Positions 52,841 to 61,606 of a stretch of 64,000 nt of DNA are shown here, one piece after another. The position numbers and the translations under genes are program-made. Location of the stretch: positions 336,470-400,469 of the forward strand of contig NZ_JAAAPJ010000005.1 of assembly GCF_009909145.1 (NCBI RefSeq). Direction: 5' to 3'. The stretch comes from Corallococcus silvisoli. Lineage in GTDB: Bacteria; Myxococcota; Myxococcia; Myxococcales; Myxococcaceae. The notes beneath the pieces are model-generated. The model did no database searches, was not told the DNA's origin, and saw nothing but the letters and a program-made list of their open reading frames with translations. The first letter of the stretch is position 1, and every line of letters starts with the position of its first letter.

Positions 52841-53146
52841 ATGTTCGACGCCTGTGGAGGTTGTGAGCGCCGTGGTACCGCCGGTGAGGTGTTCGACTGG
52901 TGCGCGCACTGCGAATTGTCCCTGTGCCCCCTCTGCCTCGGACGGGGCTGCTGCGGAAGCACCCCCGCGGAGTCCGGACGGGGCGCGCCCCGGGAGCTGC
53001 CCGAGCCCCCCGAGCACGCGTGCGAACCCCTGCCGGAGCACTTCGGCGGACGCTGCTGCACGCACGCGCGCGCGGTGGCGTGCTCCTGCGCCTTCCACTG
53101 GGTCTGCGTGCGCCACGGCGACGTGCACGTGGGGACGCACGACTGA
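52841..53146 (+). CDS. Small Cys-rich protein (101 aa, about 17 Cys, several CxxC pairs; zinc-ribbon-like)
   Basis: GGAGA RBS 7 nt upstream. CxxC pairs CGGC, CAHC and CPLC plus further Cys/His. GC3-rich but with coding-like periodicity. Could still be an artefact of GC bias. Confidence 0.4.
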   Translation: MFDACGGCERRGTAGEVFDWCAHCELSLCPLCLGRGCCGSTPAESGRGAPRELPEPPEHACEPLPEHFGGRCCTHARAVACSCAFHWVCVRHGDVHVGTHD

Positions 53147-53274
53147 CATCCGGTCAGTGCCCGGGTGACGTGAAGCATCAACCCCAGGCGGGGCGTTGAC
53201 ACATGGGGGGCCTGTCCACGACGGTTTCAGCCCGTCGGGCACTCCTGCCCGGACGCATCGCGGAGCAAGACACC

Positions 53275-53667
53275 ATGGGACTCGCCGAACGGAAGGAAAT
53301 GGCGGCGTTCAAGAGGGATTCCTTCGAGCCGAAGGTGCAGGAGCTGAGGCAGGCCGCGGGCGGCGCGGACATCCAGGCCACGCTCGACGAGGCCAGCTTC
53401 ACCACGGTGGCCGCCATCCAGATGATCTCCAACGGCATCTTCGACCGGCTCATCGACGACATGAAGTCCGTCTGCGACGACGACATCGGCAAGGAGGCCG
53501 TCCGGGACGGCATCAAGACGGTGCACATCCTCCACAAGGACGACGCCGGCTACACGCTGGAGCTGGGGGGCGGCACCTTCACCATCCGCGCGAAGGTGGA
53601 CGGCTCGCTGGGCGACGACCTGCCCGGGTACGGCGCCTACAAGGACTTCCTGCTGAAGAAGCTGTAG
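53275..53667 (+). CDS. Hypothetical protein (131 aa, acidic)
   Basis: Good codon bias (AAG/GAC/ATC third positions). Asp-rich (DDMKSVCDDDIGKE). Follows the Cys-rich gene. Confidence 0.5.
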   Translation: MGLAERKEMAAFKRDSFEPKVQELRQAAGGADIQATLDEASFTTVAAIQMISNGIFDRLIDDMKSVCDDDIGKEAVRDGIKTVHILHKDDAGYTLELGGGTFTIRAKVDGSLGDDLPGYGAYKDFLLKKL

Positions 53668-53733
53668 GCCGCGCCGACAGGCCGGTGGGACGCCCGAGCT
53701 GGCCACCGCCAGCCCGGGATCATCCGCTCCAGC

Positions 53734-56700
53734 TCAGGGCACGTCCAACGCGACGCCCTGGCCCGGGACGGCCATCACCCAGCGGACGAGGTCAGGCTTG
53801 CCGCCGCAGGTGACGCGCACCTCGAACTCACGCCCCGCGGGCATGGGACTGGCGAGCGGCGTCTGCCCCTGGAGCACCTGGGAGCCCAGCGCGACGCGGC
53901 ACCCCTGGGCGCCGGTGACGCTGAGCGTGCCCCGGGCATCCGCCTGGGGCGCGGCATCCGCGAGCGTGCGCAGGTCGATGTGCTCGGCCTTCGCCACCTT
54001 GCCAAAGCGGTGCAGCTTGCCGTCCACGGCGGTGGAGACGAGCCAGCCGCCCGGATCCTCGGGCAGGGCGTGCTTGCCCTCCAGCAGCACGCCGGACACG
54101 TAGACGCGCTCACCCTCCTGGGCGTTGCGGACCTCCATGCCTCCCTTGGGCAACAGGAAGGCCAGCGCGAGCCCCGCGAGCACCAGTCCGCCTCCGCCCA
54201 CCCACAGCCCCTTGCGCTGACCGGACGTCAGGCCCTTGCCTGGCGCGGGGTGCCCGCCCGCGCTGGGAGCAACGGGCGCGGGCGGCGGCACGGCATGCAC
54301 CGGGGCCGGAGGTGGGGCCACGCGCTCTCCCGAGGCACGCGCATGCGTGGGCACGGGAGTGGAGCCAATGGGCGGCAAGGAGGCCGTGTGCGGAGGAGGC
54401 GGCGGCGCGGAGACCTGCGGCGCGGCGGCGACGGGAGGAGGCGGCGGGACCGCGGTCATCGGCGCCACGCTGGGCACGGAGACCGAGGGCCGCGCGGGCG
54501 GCTGCGGAGGAGGCCCCACGCGCGTGGGCACGTTGGCGGAAGCGGCCGGGCGCACCGCCGTCGGTGACGGCAACGGCGACACGGGCGGCGGCGCGGCAGG
54601 GCGCGAAGGACGGGGCGCGGGAGCGGCCATCACGGGCGGCGCGGCGGGAGGGCGCGGCGGTTCGGAGGCGACGGAGACGACCTCGGTGCCCCGCTCGGCG
54701 GGCTCGGGCGCGGCGGCGACGGGCGGCGGCTCCATCCGCGGCATGCTGCCGGAGCCCCCGCGCACGGGAGGCCGGGACAGGTCCGACGGAGCCCGCATGT
54801 CGCTGCCAGAACCGGAGCCCGTGCCCAGGTTGCGCGAGTGCGAACCCGTGCCCGGCATCAGCGCCCGGGGGTTGGAGCCCGTCCCCGAGCCGGCGATGGA
54901 GGACGGCGCGTACTCGGAGAGCCGGTCCCCCAGCGCCTCCTTGAAGAACTGCGCCACCGACGCGGGCGACGAGGACAGCCGGTGGTGCGCGATGACCGCT
55001 TCGATCTCCTCGCGCATCGCCGCCGCGGAGGGCGTGCGGCGCGCCGGGTCCTTCACCAGCGCGCGCAGGATGAGGTCGGACACGTCCTGCGGGATGTGCG
55101 GCTTGAGCTGCGAGGGCACCGGCGCGGGCTCGCGCACGATGGCCGCGAGCGTGGCCGCGTCATGGTCCCGGCGGAACGGCAGCTGCCCGGTGAGCAGTTC
55201 GAAGAGCACCACGCCCAGCGCGAACACGTCGTTGCGCCAGTCCAGCGGGCGGCCGCTGGCGGCCTCCGGGGAGAGGTACGAAATCTTCCCCTTGATGACG
55301 CCCGCCTGCGTCTGCTCCTCGCCCTGCACCTTGGCGATGCCGAAGTCCGACAGCTTGATGGCGCCGTCGAGCGACACGAGCACGTTGTGGGGGCTGACGT
55401 CGCGGTGGACCACCGGGTGCGCGGTGCCGGACGGGTCCACGTAGCTGTGCGCGTAGTGCAGGCCCGCCGCGACCTCCGCCACGATGCGCAGCGCGTGCTC
55501 CAGCGGCAGCGCCATGCCCTTGCGGCGCAGCTCCGTGATCAGGCGCTTGAGGTCCGGGCCGCGCACGTACTCCATCAGGATGTACGCCACGCCGTCCGTC
55601 ACGCCCACGTCGAAGGTCTGGACGATGTTGGGGTGCGTGAGGCGCGCGTTCGCGCGGGCCTCCGCGAAGAGCATGTCGACGAACTCGGGGTTCTCCGCGA
55701 ACTGCGCGAGGATCTTCTTCATCACCACGAACTTCTCGAAGCCCTTCACGCCCTGCTGCTTGGCGAGGAACACCTCCGCCATGCCGCCCTGCCCCAGCCG
55801 GCGGATGATCTGCAGCCGGGCGCTGCCGCCGTGCACGTCCGTGGGCGACGTGCCGCGGGCCCCGGGGTCCGCGTTGGTGGAGCCGAAGAGGTACTGGCTG
55901 AGCGCGCGCTGCTCCAGCGCCTCGATGTCGTCGAGCGGCTTCTCGGTGAGCGGCGTGCGCGCCAGCAGGCCCTGGAACTGCGCCAGCGCCGGGGCCCGCG
56001 CGGTGCCGCCGCAGACGGGGCACACGCGGTCCATGGTGCCCTTGGCGCGCAGCACCTCCAGGTATTCGGAGGTCTGGATGCGCTGGTGGGTGACCTGGCC
56101 GCAGTTGCGGCAGTCGCACGGCAGCCACAGCGTGGCCAGCTTCGCCGGCAGCGGCTTGGAGGACTTCGCCAGCACGCCCAGCATCGGCGGGGGCACGCGG
56201 CAGAGCACCACCTGCGCGCCCTGCGCCGCCACCTCCAGCACTTGTTCGATGCGCGGCAGGGCCTCCGGCTCCACCGTGCTCACGTGACAGCAGTCGAACG
56301 CGACGCGCCCCTCCAGGCCGGACGCGAGCCGGCGCACGTTGAGGTCGCCCTTCAGCGTGCTGGCCAGGGTGATGAAGGTGATGTCGTCCTGGATGATCTT
56401 CAGGTGCGAGGAGAGCTCGGACGGCTCCGACGGACTGCTGGCGCGCAGGTAGCGCAGCACGGCCGGGTCCACCGCGGAGAACTGCTGGCGGCGGGCGAAG
56501 TCGAAGAACTCCGTGGGCTCGTCCGCGAACTCCAGGGGCTGCGCGCACACGGGGCACTGGTGCGGCGGGGCGCCGCCCTGCTCCAGGATCTTCGCCTCCT
56601 CCACCAGCCGGACCAGCCGCAGCCGGTCCTCCTTGCAGAAGCGGCAGGTGTAGGGCGCCAGCAGGGAGAGCACGCGCGCGACGCCCGCGAAGCCCTCCAC

Positions 56701-56973
56701 CATGTTGAGCTGATCCACCACCACCGGCGGCGCGTTGACGACGTACAGGGCCGACACGCCCTGCGGCGGGTGGCCCACGAACTCAATCCACCGGCGGACG
56801 CCGAAGGAGCTGATCCGCTCCACCAGGCCCAGGTCCACCACCACCAGCCCCGACATCCCCTTGGAGGCGGGGGAGAGGGGGAAGGTCTCGTCGATCACTC
56901 CGGCCACGCGCACGTGGGTCAGACTGCCCACGCGCAGGGGGGTGATGCTGGCATTGGAAGTTTGGCTTTCCAC
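53734..56973 (-). CDS. Hanks-type Ser/Thr protein kinase with an N-terminal STAS (anti-sigma-antagonist-like) domain and Zn-ribbon, plus a C-terminal Pro-rich linker, TM helix and extracytoplasmic domain
   Basis: STAS-like segment (VIDETF....LVVVDLGLVERISSFGVRRW). CxxC...CxxC pairs. Kinase subdomains (VAMK-like VVMKK, HRDVSPHNVL, DFG, SPE). Long PPAP region, then TM GGGLVLAGLALAFLL. GTG 56973 is 5 nt after the upstream stop. Confidence 0.8.
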   Translation of the reverse strand: MESQTSNASITPLRVGSLTHVRVAGVIDETFPLSPASKGMSGLVVVDLGLVERISSFGVRRWIEFVGHPPQGVSALYVVNAPPVVVDQLNMVEGFAGVARVLSLLAPYTCRFCKEDRLRLVRLVEEAKILEQGGAPPHQCPVCAQPLEFADEPTEFFDFARRQQFSAVDPAVLRYLRASSPSEPSELSSHLKIIQDDITFITLASTLKGDLNVRRLASGLEGRVAFDCCHVSTVEPEALPRIEQVLEVAAQGAQVVLCRVPPPMLGVLAKSSKPLPAKLATLWLPCDCRNCGQVTHQRIQTSEYLEVLRAKGTMDRVCPVCGGTARAPALAQFQGLLARTPLTEKPLDDIEALEQRALSQYLFGSTNADPGARGTSPTDVHGGSARLQIIRRLGQGGMAEVFLAKQQGVKGFEKFVVMKKILAQFAENPEFVDMLFAEARANARLTHPNIVQTFDVGVTDGVAYILMEYVRGPDLKRLITELRRKGMALPLEHALRIVAEVAAGLHYAHSYVDPSGTAHPVVHRDVSPHNVLVSLDGAIKLSDFGIAKVQGEEQTQAGVIKGKISYLSPEAASGRPLDWRNDVFALGVVLFELLTGQLPFRRDHDAATLAAIVREPAPVPSQLKPHIPQDVSDLILRALVKDPARRTPSAAAMREEIEAVIAHHRLSSSPASVAQFFKEALGDRLSEYAPSSIAGSGTGSNPRALMPGTGSHSRNLGTGSGSGSDMRAPSDLSRPPVRGGSGSMPRMEPPPVAAAPEPAERGTEVVSVASEPPRPPAAPPVMAAPAPRPSRPAAPPPVSPLPSPTAVRPAASANVPTRVGPPPQPPARPSVSVPSVAPMTAVPPPPPVAAAPQVSAPPPPPHTASLPPIGSTPVPTHARASGERVAPPPAPVHAVPPPAPVAPSAGGHPAPGKGLTSGQRKGLWVGGGGLVLAGLALAFLLPKGGMEVRNAQEGERVYVSGVLLEGKHALPEDPGGWLVSTAVDGKLHRFGKVAKAEHIDLRTLADAAPQADARGTLSVTGAQGCRVALGSQVLQGQTPLASPMPAGREFEVRVTCGGKPDLVRWVMAVPGQGVALDVP

Positions 56974-56977
56974 CCGC

Positions 56978-57823
56978 CTACCCTCGTTCCAGACAGAACA
57001 GCAGCGACTTGGGCTGCGCGGCCCGGCGGCGTGTATCCCCCAGGTCCACCCCACAAGCGAATTGCGTCCGCTTTCCCGGGGTCACCCGCACCGCCACTGC
57101 GTCGCTGTGCTCCAGGATGCGCCGCAGACCCAGGCCCGCGCCACCGCCAGAAGCATCCACCTGCGCCTTCTCACCCCACGCCTTCACCACCCGCACCAGC
57201 GGTGACACCGTCAGCCGGCCGAAGCGGTCCGTCGCCTCCAGCCACGCGCGGCCCTCCGCCACCGCCCAGGACACCAGGCAGCGATCTTCCTCGGCCACCG
57301 CCTGCACCTGTCCCCGCCGGTGGGCGTACTTCGGCTGCCCCTCGGCGTCCACCGGGGCGTCGAGGAGCGCGTTCACGCCAATCTCATGGACGACATCCGC
57401 CACCCGGCTGGCCGCGCCCTTGGAGGCCCCCGTCCGCAGGACCTCCTCCGCGGCGCGCTCGCCCGCGGCCGTCACCTCCGCCACGCTGCCCAGCCAGGCC
57501 ACGGACGTGGCGGCCTCCCGCGGAATCAGGGGCTCGCCGCGCAACAGCGAGCTCAAGAGCCGCGCCTCCCAGCCGGACGGCTGCCCCGCCTCGCCGCGAG
57601 TGGCCAGGAGCAGGGCCGGGGGCCGCTGCTCCAACATCGCCGCGTGCGCGGCCGTCAGCCGCCCGTCGAAGAGCACCAGTCGCGGCGCCGCGTCGTCACC
57701 CCGCCCCAGCAACAGGCCATCCCGGGCGAGCACCCCGGAGGCCTTTTCCAGCGCCTCCGGCGTGAGGGTCGTATCCGGCGTCAACTTCAGGGGAGCATCC
57801 TTCACGGCGGCGACGGTATCCAA
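56978..57823 (-). CDS. RsbW/SpoIIAB-like HATPase_c protein (putative anti-sigma-factor-type Ser kinase)
   Basis: N-box-like HEIGVNALLDA and G-box GGGAGLGLRRI in the C-terminal half. Start (TTG 57823 or GTG 57805) is uncertain. Confidence 0.5.
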   Translation of the reverse strand: MDTVAAVKDAPLKLTPDTTLTPEALEKASGVLARDGLLLGRGDDAAPRLVLFDGRLTAAHAAMLEQRPPALLLATRGEAGQPSGWEARLLSSLLRGEPLIPREAATSVAWLGSVAEVTAAGERAAEEVLRTGASKGAASRVADVVHEIGVNALLDAPVDAEGQPKYAHRRGQVQAVAEEDRCLVSWAVAEGRAWLEATDRFGRLTVSPLVRVVKAWGEKAQVDASGGGAGLGLRRILEHSDAVAVRVTPGKRTQFACGVDLGDTRRRAAQPKSLLFCLERG

Positions 57824-57831
57824 ACAGCGCC

Positions 57832-60453
57832 CTAATAATGGAGTCGAACTTCTGTGAAGACGCCCAGCGGCGGAGCGGGGAAGCCGTGGGACTCCTCGTA
57901 CTTCGCGTTGAACAGGTTCGTGCCCAGCAGGGACACCGCCACCCGTTCGTGGACGTTGAAGCCCACGCGCGCCGTCGCGGTGATGTAGCTGGGCAGCTTC
58001 ACGCGGGTGGTGGTGCCCGCGTTCTCGTCCACCACGAAGCCGGGGTCGAAGCGCGGGCCCACGAACAGGCCGTAGAGCTCCACGAAGGCGAACTTCCCGA
58101 TGTTGGTGCGGCCGCGCAGGTAGACGCGGTGGCTGGGCGCGTAGTCCAGCGGGTAGCTGGCCCCGCCGCCCACGGGCAGCGCCTGGGCATCCAGGAACTG
58201 GTAGGCCACGTCGAAGGACGAGTTGAGGGACGGCACCTGCGCCGCCGCCTCCGCCTCGAAGCCCGCCACGCGCGCGTCGCCCAGGTTGCGGAACTGGGAC
58301 GTGGAGCCGAAGACGAGCTCCTGATTGATGAAGTTGCGGGCGCGGTTGTAGAAGCCCGTGCCCGTCAGGCGCACCCGGCGGTCGAACGGCCAGAAGTCCA
58401 CCGCCGCCTCCACCGTGTCCAGCGTCTCCGCGCGCAGCGACGGGTTGCCCAGCAGCGTCGCGGCGTACATCTGCTGGTTGATGGCGAGCTCCGCCAGCGT
58501 GGGCGCGCGGAAGGCGCGGCCGTAGTTGGTGCGCAGCGTGAGCAGCTCCGGGATGGCGTGGAACACGACGCTGGCGCGCGGGGAGATCTGATCCGTGCGC
58601 GCCTCCCAGACCTTTTCGGGGATCTGGTAGTTGTCGTAGCGGGCGCCCGCGCCCACCACCAGCCGGTCCGTGGCGCGGAACTCCGCGTCCACGAAGCCGC
58701 CCAGGATGGTCTGCTTCGTGTCATCCAGGGTCAGGCCCGGGAGCACGTTCTGGTTGTTCACCTGGTCGGCCTTCACGTCGCCGCCCACGGTGACGGACAG
58801 CCGGTCCAGGGAGAAGAGCGCGCGCGCCTCGCCGCCCAGCCGGCTGCGCTTGCCCAGCGTGTCCTCCAGCGCGCCCGTGATTTCATTCTCCAGCGTCACG
58901 TTGCGGCGCTTGAAGAACGCATAGCCCTGGGCGAACACGCGCACGTTGTCCGTCACCTGCTGATCCAGCTGCACGGCGGCGTTCAGGTTCTGGACGTGCT
59001 CGTTGTCCTGCGCGGTGTAGTGGCAGCGACCGCAGTTGCCCACGGTGGAGATGTTCTGCCCACCGGGCCGGCCGATGTTGCCGTCGGTGAAGTCCGCGTC
59101 CAGCGCGAGGGGACCCACGCGGACCTTGCCGTTCACCTGGTGCACCAGCGAGTCCTCGTTGGTGTCCGTCTGGTTGAGCTGCGGGTTGTTGAAGAGCTGC
59201 GGGCCGTCCGAGCCGTAGCCGTAGTAGCCGAGCAGCGCCTCCACGGGGCCACCGCGGCCGGCGACGTTGGTCTGCAGGCGCCACGTCTTGTCCTGGCCGG
59301 CGAGGATGCGCGCGTCGGCGCCCACGTTCTGGCCCTTGGCGATGAGATCGCCCGGCTGGCGCTCGATGATGTTGATGACGCCGCTGAAGGCGTTGGAGCC
59401 GTAGAGCGACGAACCCGGGCCGCGGATGACCTCCACCTGCTTGAGGTTGGTCAGCGGCGTCGTCTCATCCGCGTAGAACTGGCCCGTCCAGGGATCCGTC
59501 AGCGGACGGCCATCCTTGAGCAGCAGGAGGCGGTTGGACAGGTAGTTGGAGCCCAGGCCGCGCGCGCTCACCGCCGCCTTGCGCATGGAGCCCCGGCGGC
59601 ACTCCATGCCGGGGAAGTACTGGATGGCCTCGCAGAGCGAGAACTGGCCGGTGCCCTCCAGCTCCTCCGCCGGAATCCAGGACACCGTGAGGGGCACGTC
59701 GGAGATGCGCTGGCTGCGCTTGGAGGCCGTGGTGACCATGGCCTCGCTCAGCGCCTGGTTGACGGTCTTCTCGAAGTCGTCGCCGTTGCCCAGCGCATCC
59801 GGGCCATCCAGGCCGGAGAGGCTGGAGGGCGGCGGCATCGCGCGGTCCGACGCGGGCTCCGTGAAGGGCGCGCGGTCCGGGACGTTCTCGTTCATCCGCG
59901 GCTGCGAGCCCGACAGCACCGCGCCAGCGCCCAGGTGCTGCGCGGGCGGCGGGTTGGCCGGCACATCCGACGTCAGCGGGCCGTCGTAGGGAGACGGCGA
60001 CGCGACGGGCGTCCCCGGCGAGGCGACGGGCATCGGATCCGCCACCGACGGGCCCGGGCCGGGCGCGGCCACCGGGGCCGGCTGCTCCACGGGCGGCGTG
60101 GCGACGAACGGCTCCTCCGTGGGAGATGGCGCGGCGTCCGGCTCCACGGGCGGCGGAGGCGTCTTCGCCCCCCTGCGCGTCTTCGCCGTGCGCGCGGGTT
60201 TCGTCCCCGGCGCGGCGCTCTTCGCCGCTGGCGTGGCGCTCTTCGCCGCTGGCGTGGCGGGCGCGGCACGCTTGCGCGTGGCCTTCGTCCGCGTCTTGGG
60301 AGCCGGCTCCTGGGCCTCCTGGGCCTGGGCACGTTCCACCGTGAACAGCGACAGGGCGCACAGCACCAACGTCAGACGCGCGAACGCGCCCGGCCGTCCT
60401 GCAAGCCCCTTCACCGCGAAGCTTCGCGGCCCACCGTACTCAGTCGAGTCCAT
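57832..60453 (-). CDS. TonB-dependent outer-membrane receptor with a long Ala/Pro/Lys-rich N-terminal extension
   Basis: Plug domain (DVPLTVSWIPAEEL...VEVIRGPGSSLYGSNAFSGVINI). 22-strand barrel ending in the terminal aromatic motif ...EVRLHY. N-terminal ATPAAKS repeats. Confidence 0.85.
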   Translation of the reverse strand: MDSTEYGGPRSFAVKGLAGRPGAFARLTLVLCALSLFTVERAQAQEAQEPAPKTRTKATRKRAAPATPAAKSATPAAKSAAPGTKPARTAKTRRGAKTPPPPVEPDAAPSPTEEPFVATPPVEQPAPVAAPGPGPSVADPMPVASPGTPVASPSPYDGPLTSDVPANPPPAQHLGAGAVLSGSQPRMNENVPDRAPFTEPASDRAMPPPSSLSGLDGPDALGNGDDFEKTVNQALSEAMVTTASKRSQRISDVPLTVSWIPAEELEGTGQFSLCEAIQYFPGMECRRGSMRKAAVSARGLGSNYLSNRLLLLKDGRPLTDPWTGQFYADETTPLTNLKQVEVIRGPGSSLYGSNAFSGVINIIERQPGDLIAKGQNVGADARILAGQDKTWRLQTNVAGRGGPVEALLGYYGYGSDGPQLFNNPQLNQTDTNEDSLVHQVNGKVRVGPLALDADFTDGNIGRPGGQNISTVGNCGRCHYTAQDNEHVQNLNAAVQLDQQVTDNVRVFAQGYAFFKRRNVTLENEITGALEDTLGKRSRLGGEARALFSLDRLSVTVGGDVKADQVNNQNVLPGLTLDDTKQTILGGFVDAEFRATDRLVVGAGARYDNYQIPEKVWEARTDQISPRASVVFHAIPELLTLRTNYGRAFRAPTLAELAINQQMYAATLLGNPSLRAETLDTVEAAVDFWPFDRRVRLTGTGFYNRARNFINQELVFGSTSQFRNLGDARVAGFEAEAAAQVPSLNSSFDVAYQFLDAQALPVGGGASYPLDYAPSHRVYLRGRTNIGKFAFVELYGLFVGPRFDPGFVVDENAGTTTRVKLPSYITATARVGFNVHERVAVSLLGTNLFNAKYEESHGFPAPPLGVFTEVRLHY

Positions 60454-60688
60454 CGTTCTCTATTCCACGAGGGGAAGCAGGGATGTCCGCGGTCCTTGCG
60501 CCAGGATCCAGAGCCGGTGCGACTGGCAATCGTCCACAGGGGCGTGTTTCCACCCCTGAACGGTGGCGTTCCGCTCGACTTCTCAAATTACCGCAATAAC
60601 TGGTCTAAGGCCAAGTCATGGCTGTCGATCCCAGCAAATCGCGCGCGCGGCATCGCAAGGCCGCGCGCGGATCAGCCGCGCCACGCCG

Positions 60689-61606
60689 TCAGTCGTCGGG
60701 CTGTTCGGCGGAGACGGCCAGGTCGTCCGCGAACGGCGGCAGCGCGGGACCCAGCGAATCCGACTGCACCAGCGCGGGCGTCTCCACCCGCAGGTCGGGG
60801 GCGTCCGCGAAGACGGGCAGCCGGCGCGGAGGACCCTGGGTGACGAGCTTGCGGAAGTCGTCGAATTCACGGCCCTGGATGCGGGCGAAGGCGTCGAACG
60901 GGGCCACCGCCCCCACTTCGGGCAGGGACTGGGCCAGCGCGCTCCCCCCGCCCTTCAAGTCCACCAGCACCGCGCTCGGCACCCGGGCGCTGCGGAAGAG
61001 CACGCGCTGGTCCTTGGGGACGTGCGCCACGGGAACGAGCGCGGCCTCCGCGCCCTTCGCCTCCAGCATCTTCACCGCCGACTCCACGTTGGGCACCGGC
61101 ACCAGCTTGAAATGACGCTGCGCGTCCAGGTCTCCGCCCAGGACGACGTGGGAGACGAACTTGGGATCCGCGGGGCCCGCGCCCTTGACGAGCGCCATGC
61201 GCTTGCCGGCGAGGTCCTTCACGGTGCCCTTCTGGGTGGAGATGATGGCCCAGCGCTGCTGCGTCTCACCGGCGTGCGGCGCGTACGCCACGGGGTCCGC
61301 CTTGGCGCCCAGCTGCACGGCGGCCCAGGCGTCCACCACGGCGAAGTCGATCTGCCCCTCGCCCACCGCCTTGGAGAAGTCCTCGTAGCGGCCGAAGCTG
61401 CGGGCGGCGACGGGGCGCCCCAGGGCGGCCTCCAGCTTCTGGGCCAGCGCCTCCGCGTACTGGAAGCGCTCCTGGCCGTCCGACAGCGTGGTGGCGAGGA
61501 ACACGCCCAGCGTCGCCTTCTTGGGCGCCGCGGACGCGGGGAGTGCGACGAACAGCACGGCGGCGAGCAGGAGGCTCCACCGCGCGACAAGGGATGGCGT
61601 CTTCAC
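60689..61606 (-). CDS. PhnD/SsuA-like periplasmic substrate-binding protein (phosphonate/phosphite-type ABC transporter binding-protein family)
   Basis: Signal peptide. Venus-flytrap two-lobe pattern resembling PhnD-family binding proteins. GTGA overlap with the upstream gene. Confidence 0.6.
   Translation of the reverse strand: MKTPSLVARWSLLLAAVLFVALPASAAPKKATLGVFLATTLSDGQERFQYAEALAQKLEAALGRPVAARSFGRYEDFSKAVGEGQIDFAVVDAWAAVQLGAKADPVAYAPHAGETQQRWAIISTQKGTVKDLAGKRMALVKGAGPADPKFVSHVVLGGDLDAQRHFKLVPVPNVESAVKMLEAKGAEAALVPVAHVPKDQRVLFRSARVPSAVLVDLKGGGSALAQSLPEVGAVAPFDAFARIQGREFDDFRKLVTQGPPRRLPVFADAPDLRVETPALVQSDSLGPALPPFADDLAVSAEQPDD

Noticed and set aside
52816-53202. 128-aa minus-strand ORF opposite the Cys-rich small gene
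   Set aside because: No RBS or start context and an antisense-type composition. The plus-strand ORF has an RBS and a CxxC pattern, although it is itself only moderately supported.
54838-57765. 975-aa plus-strand ORF
   Set aside because: Antisense to the STAS-Ser/Thr kinase gene. Arg/Gly/Ala-rich with no motifs.
57838-60843. 1001-aa plus-strand ORF
   Set aside because: Antisense to the TonB-dependent receptor gene, which has clear plug and barrel motifs. Low-complexity Arg/Ala/Gly composition.
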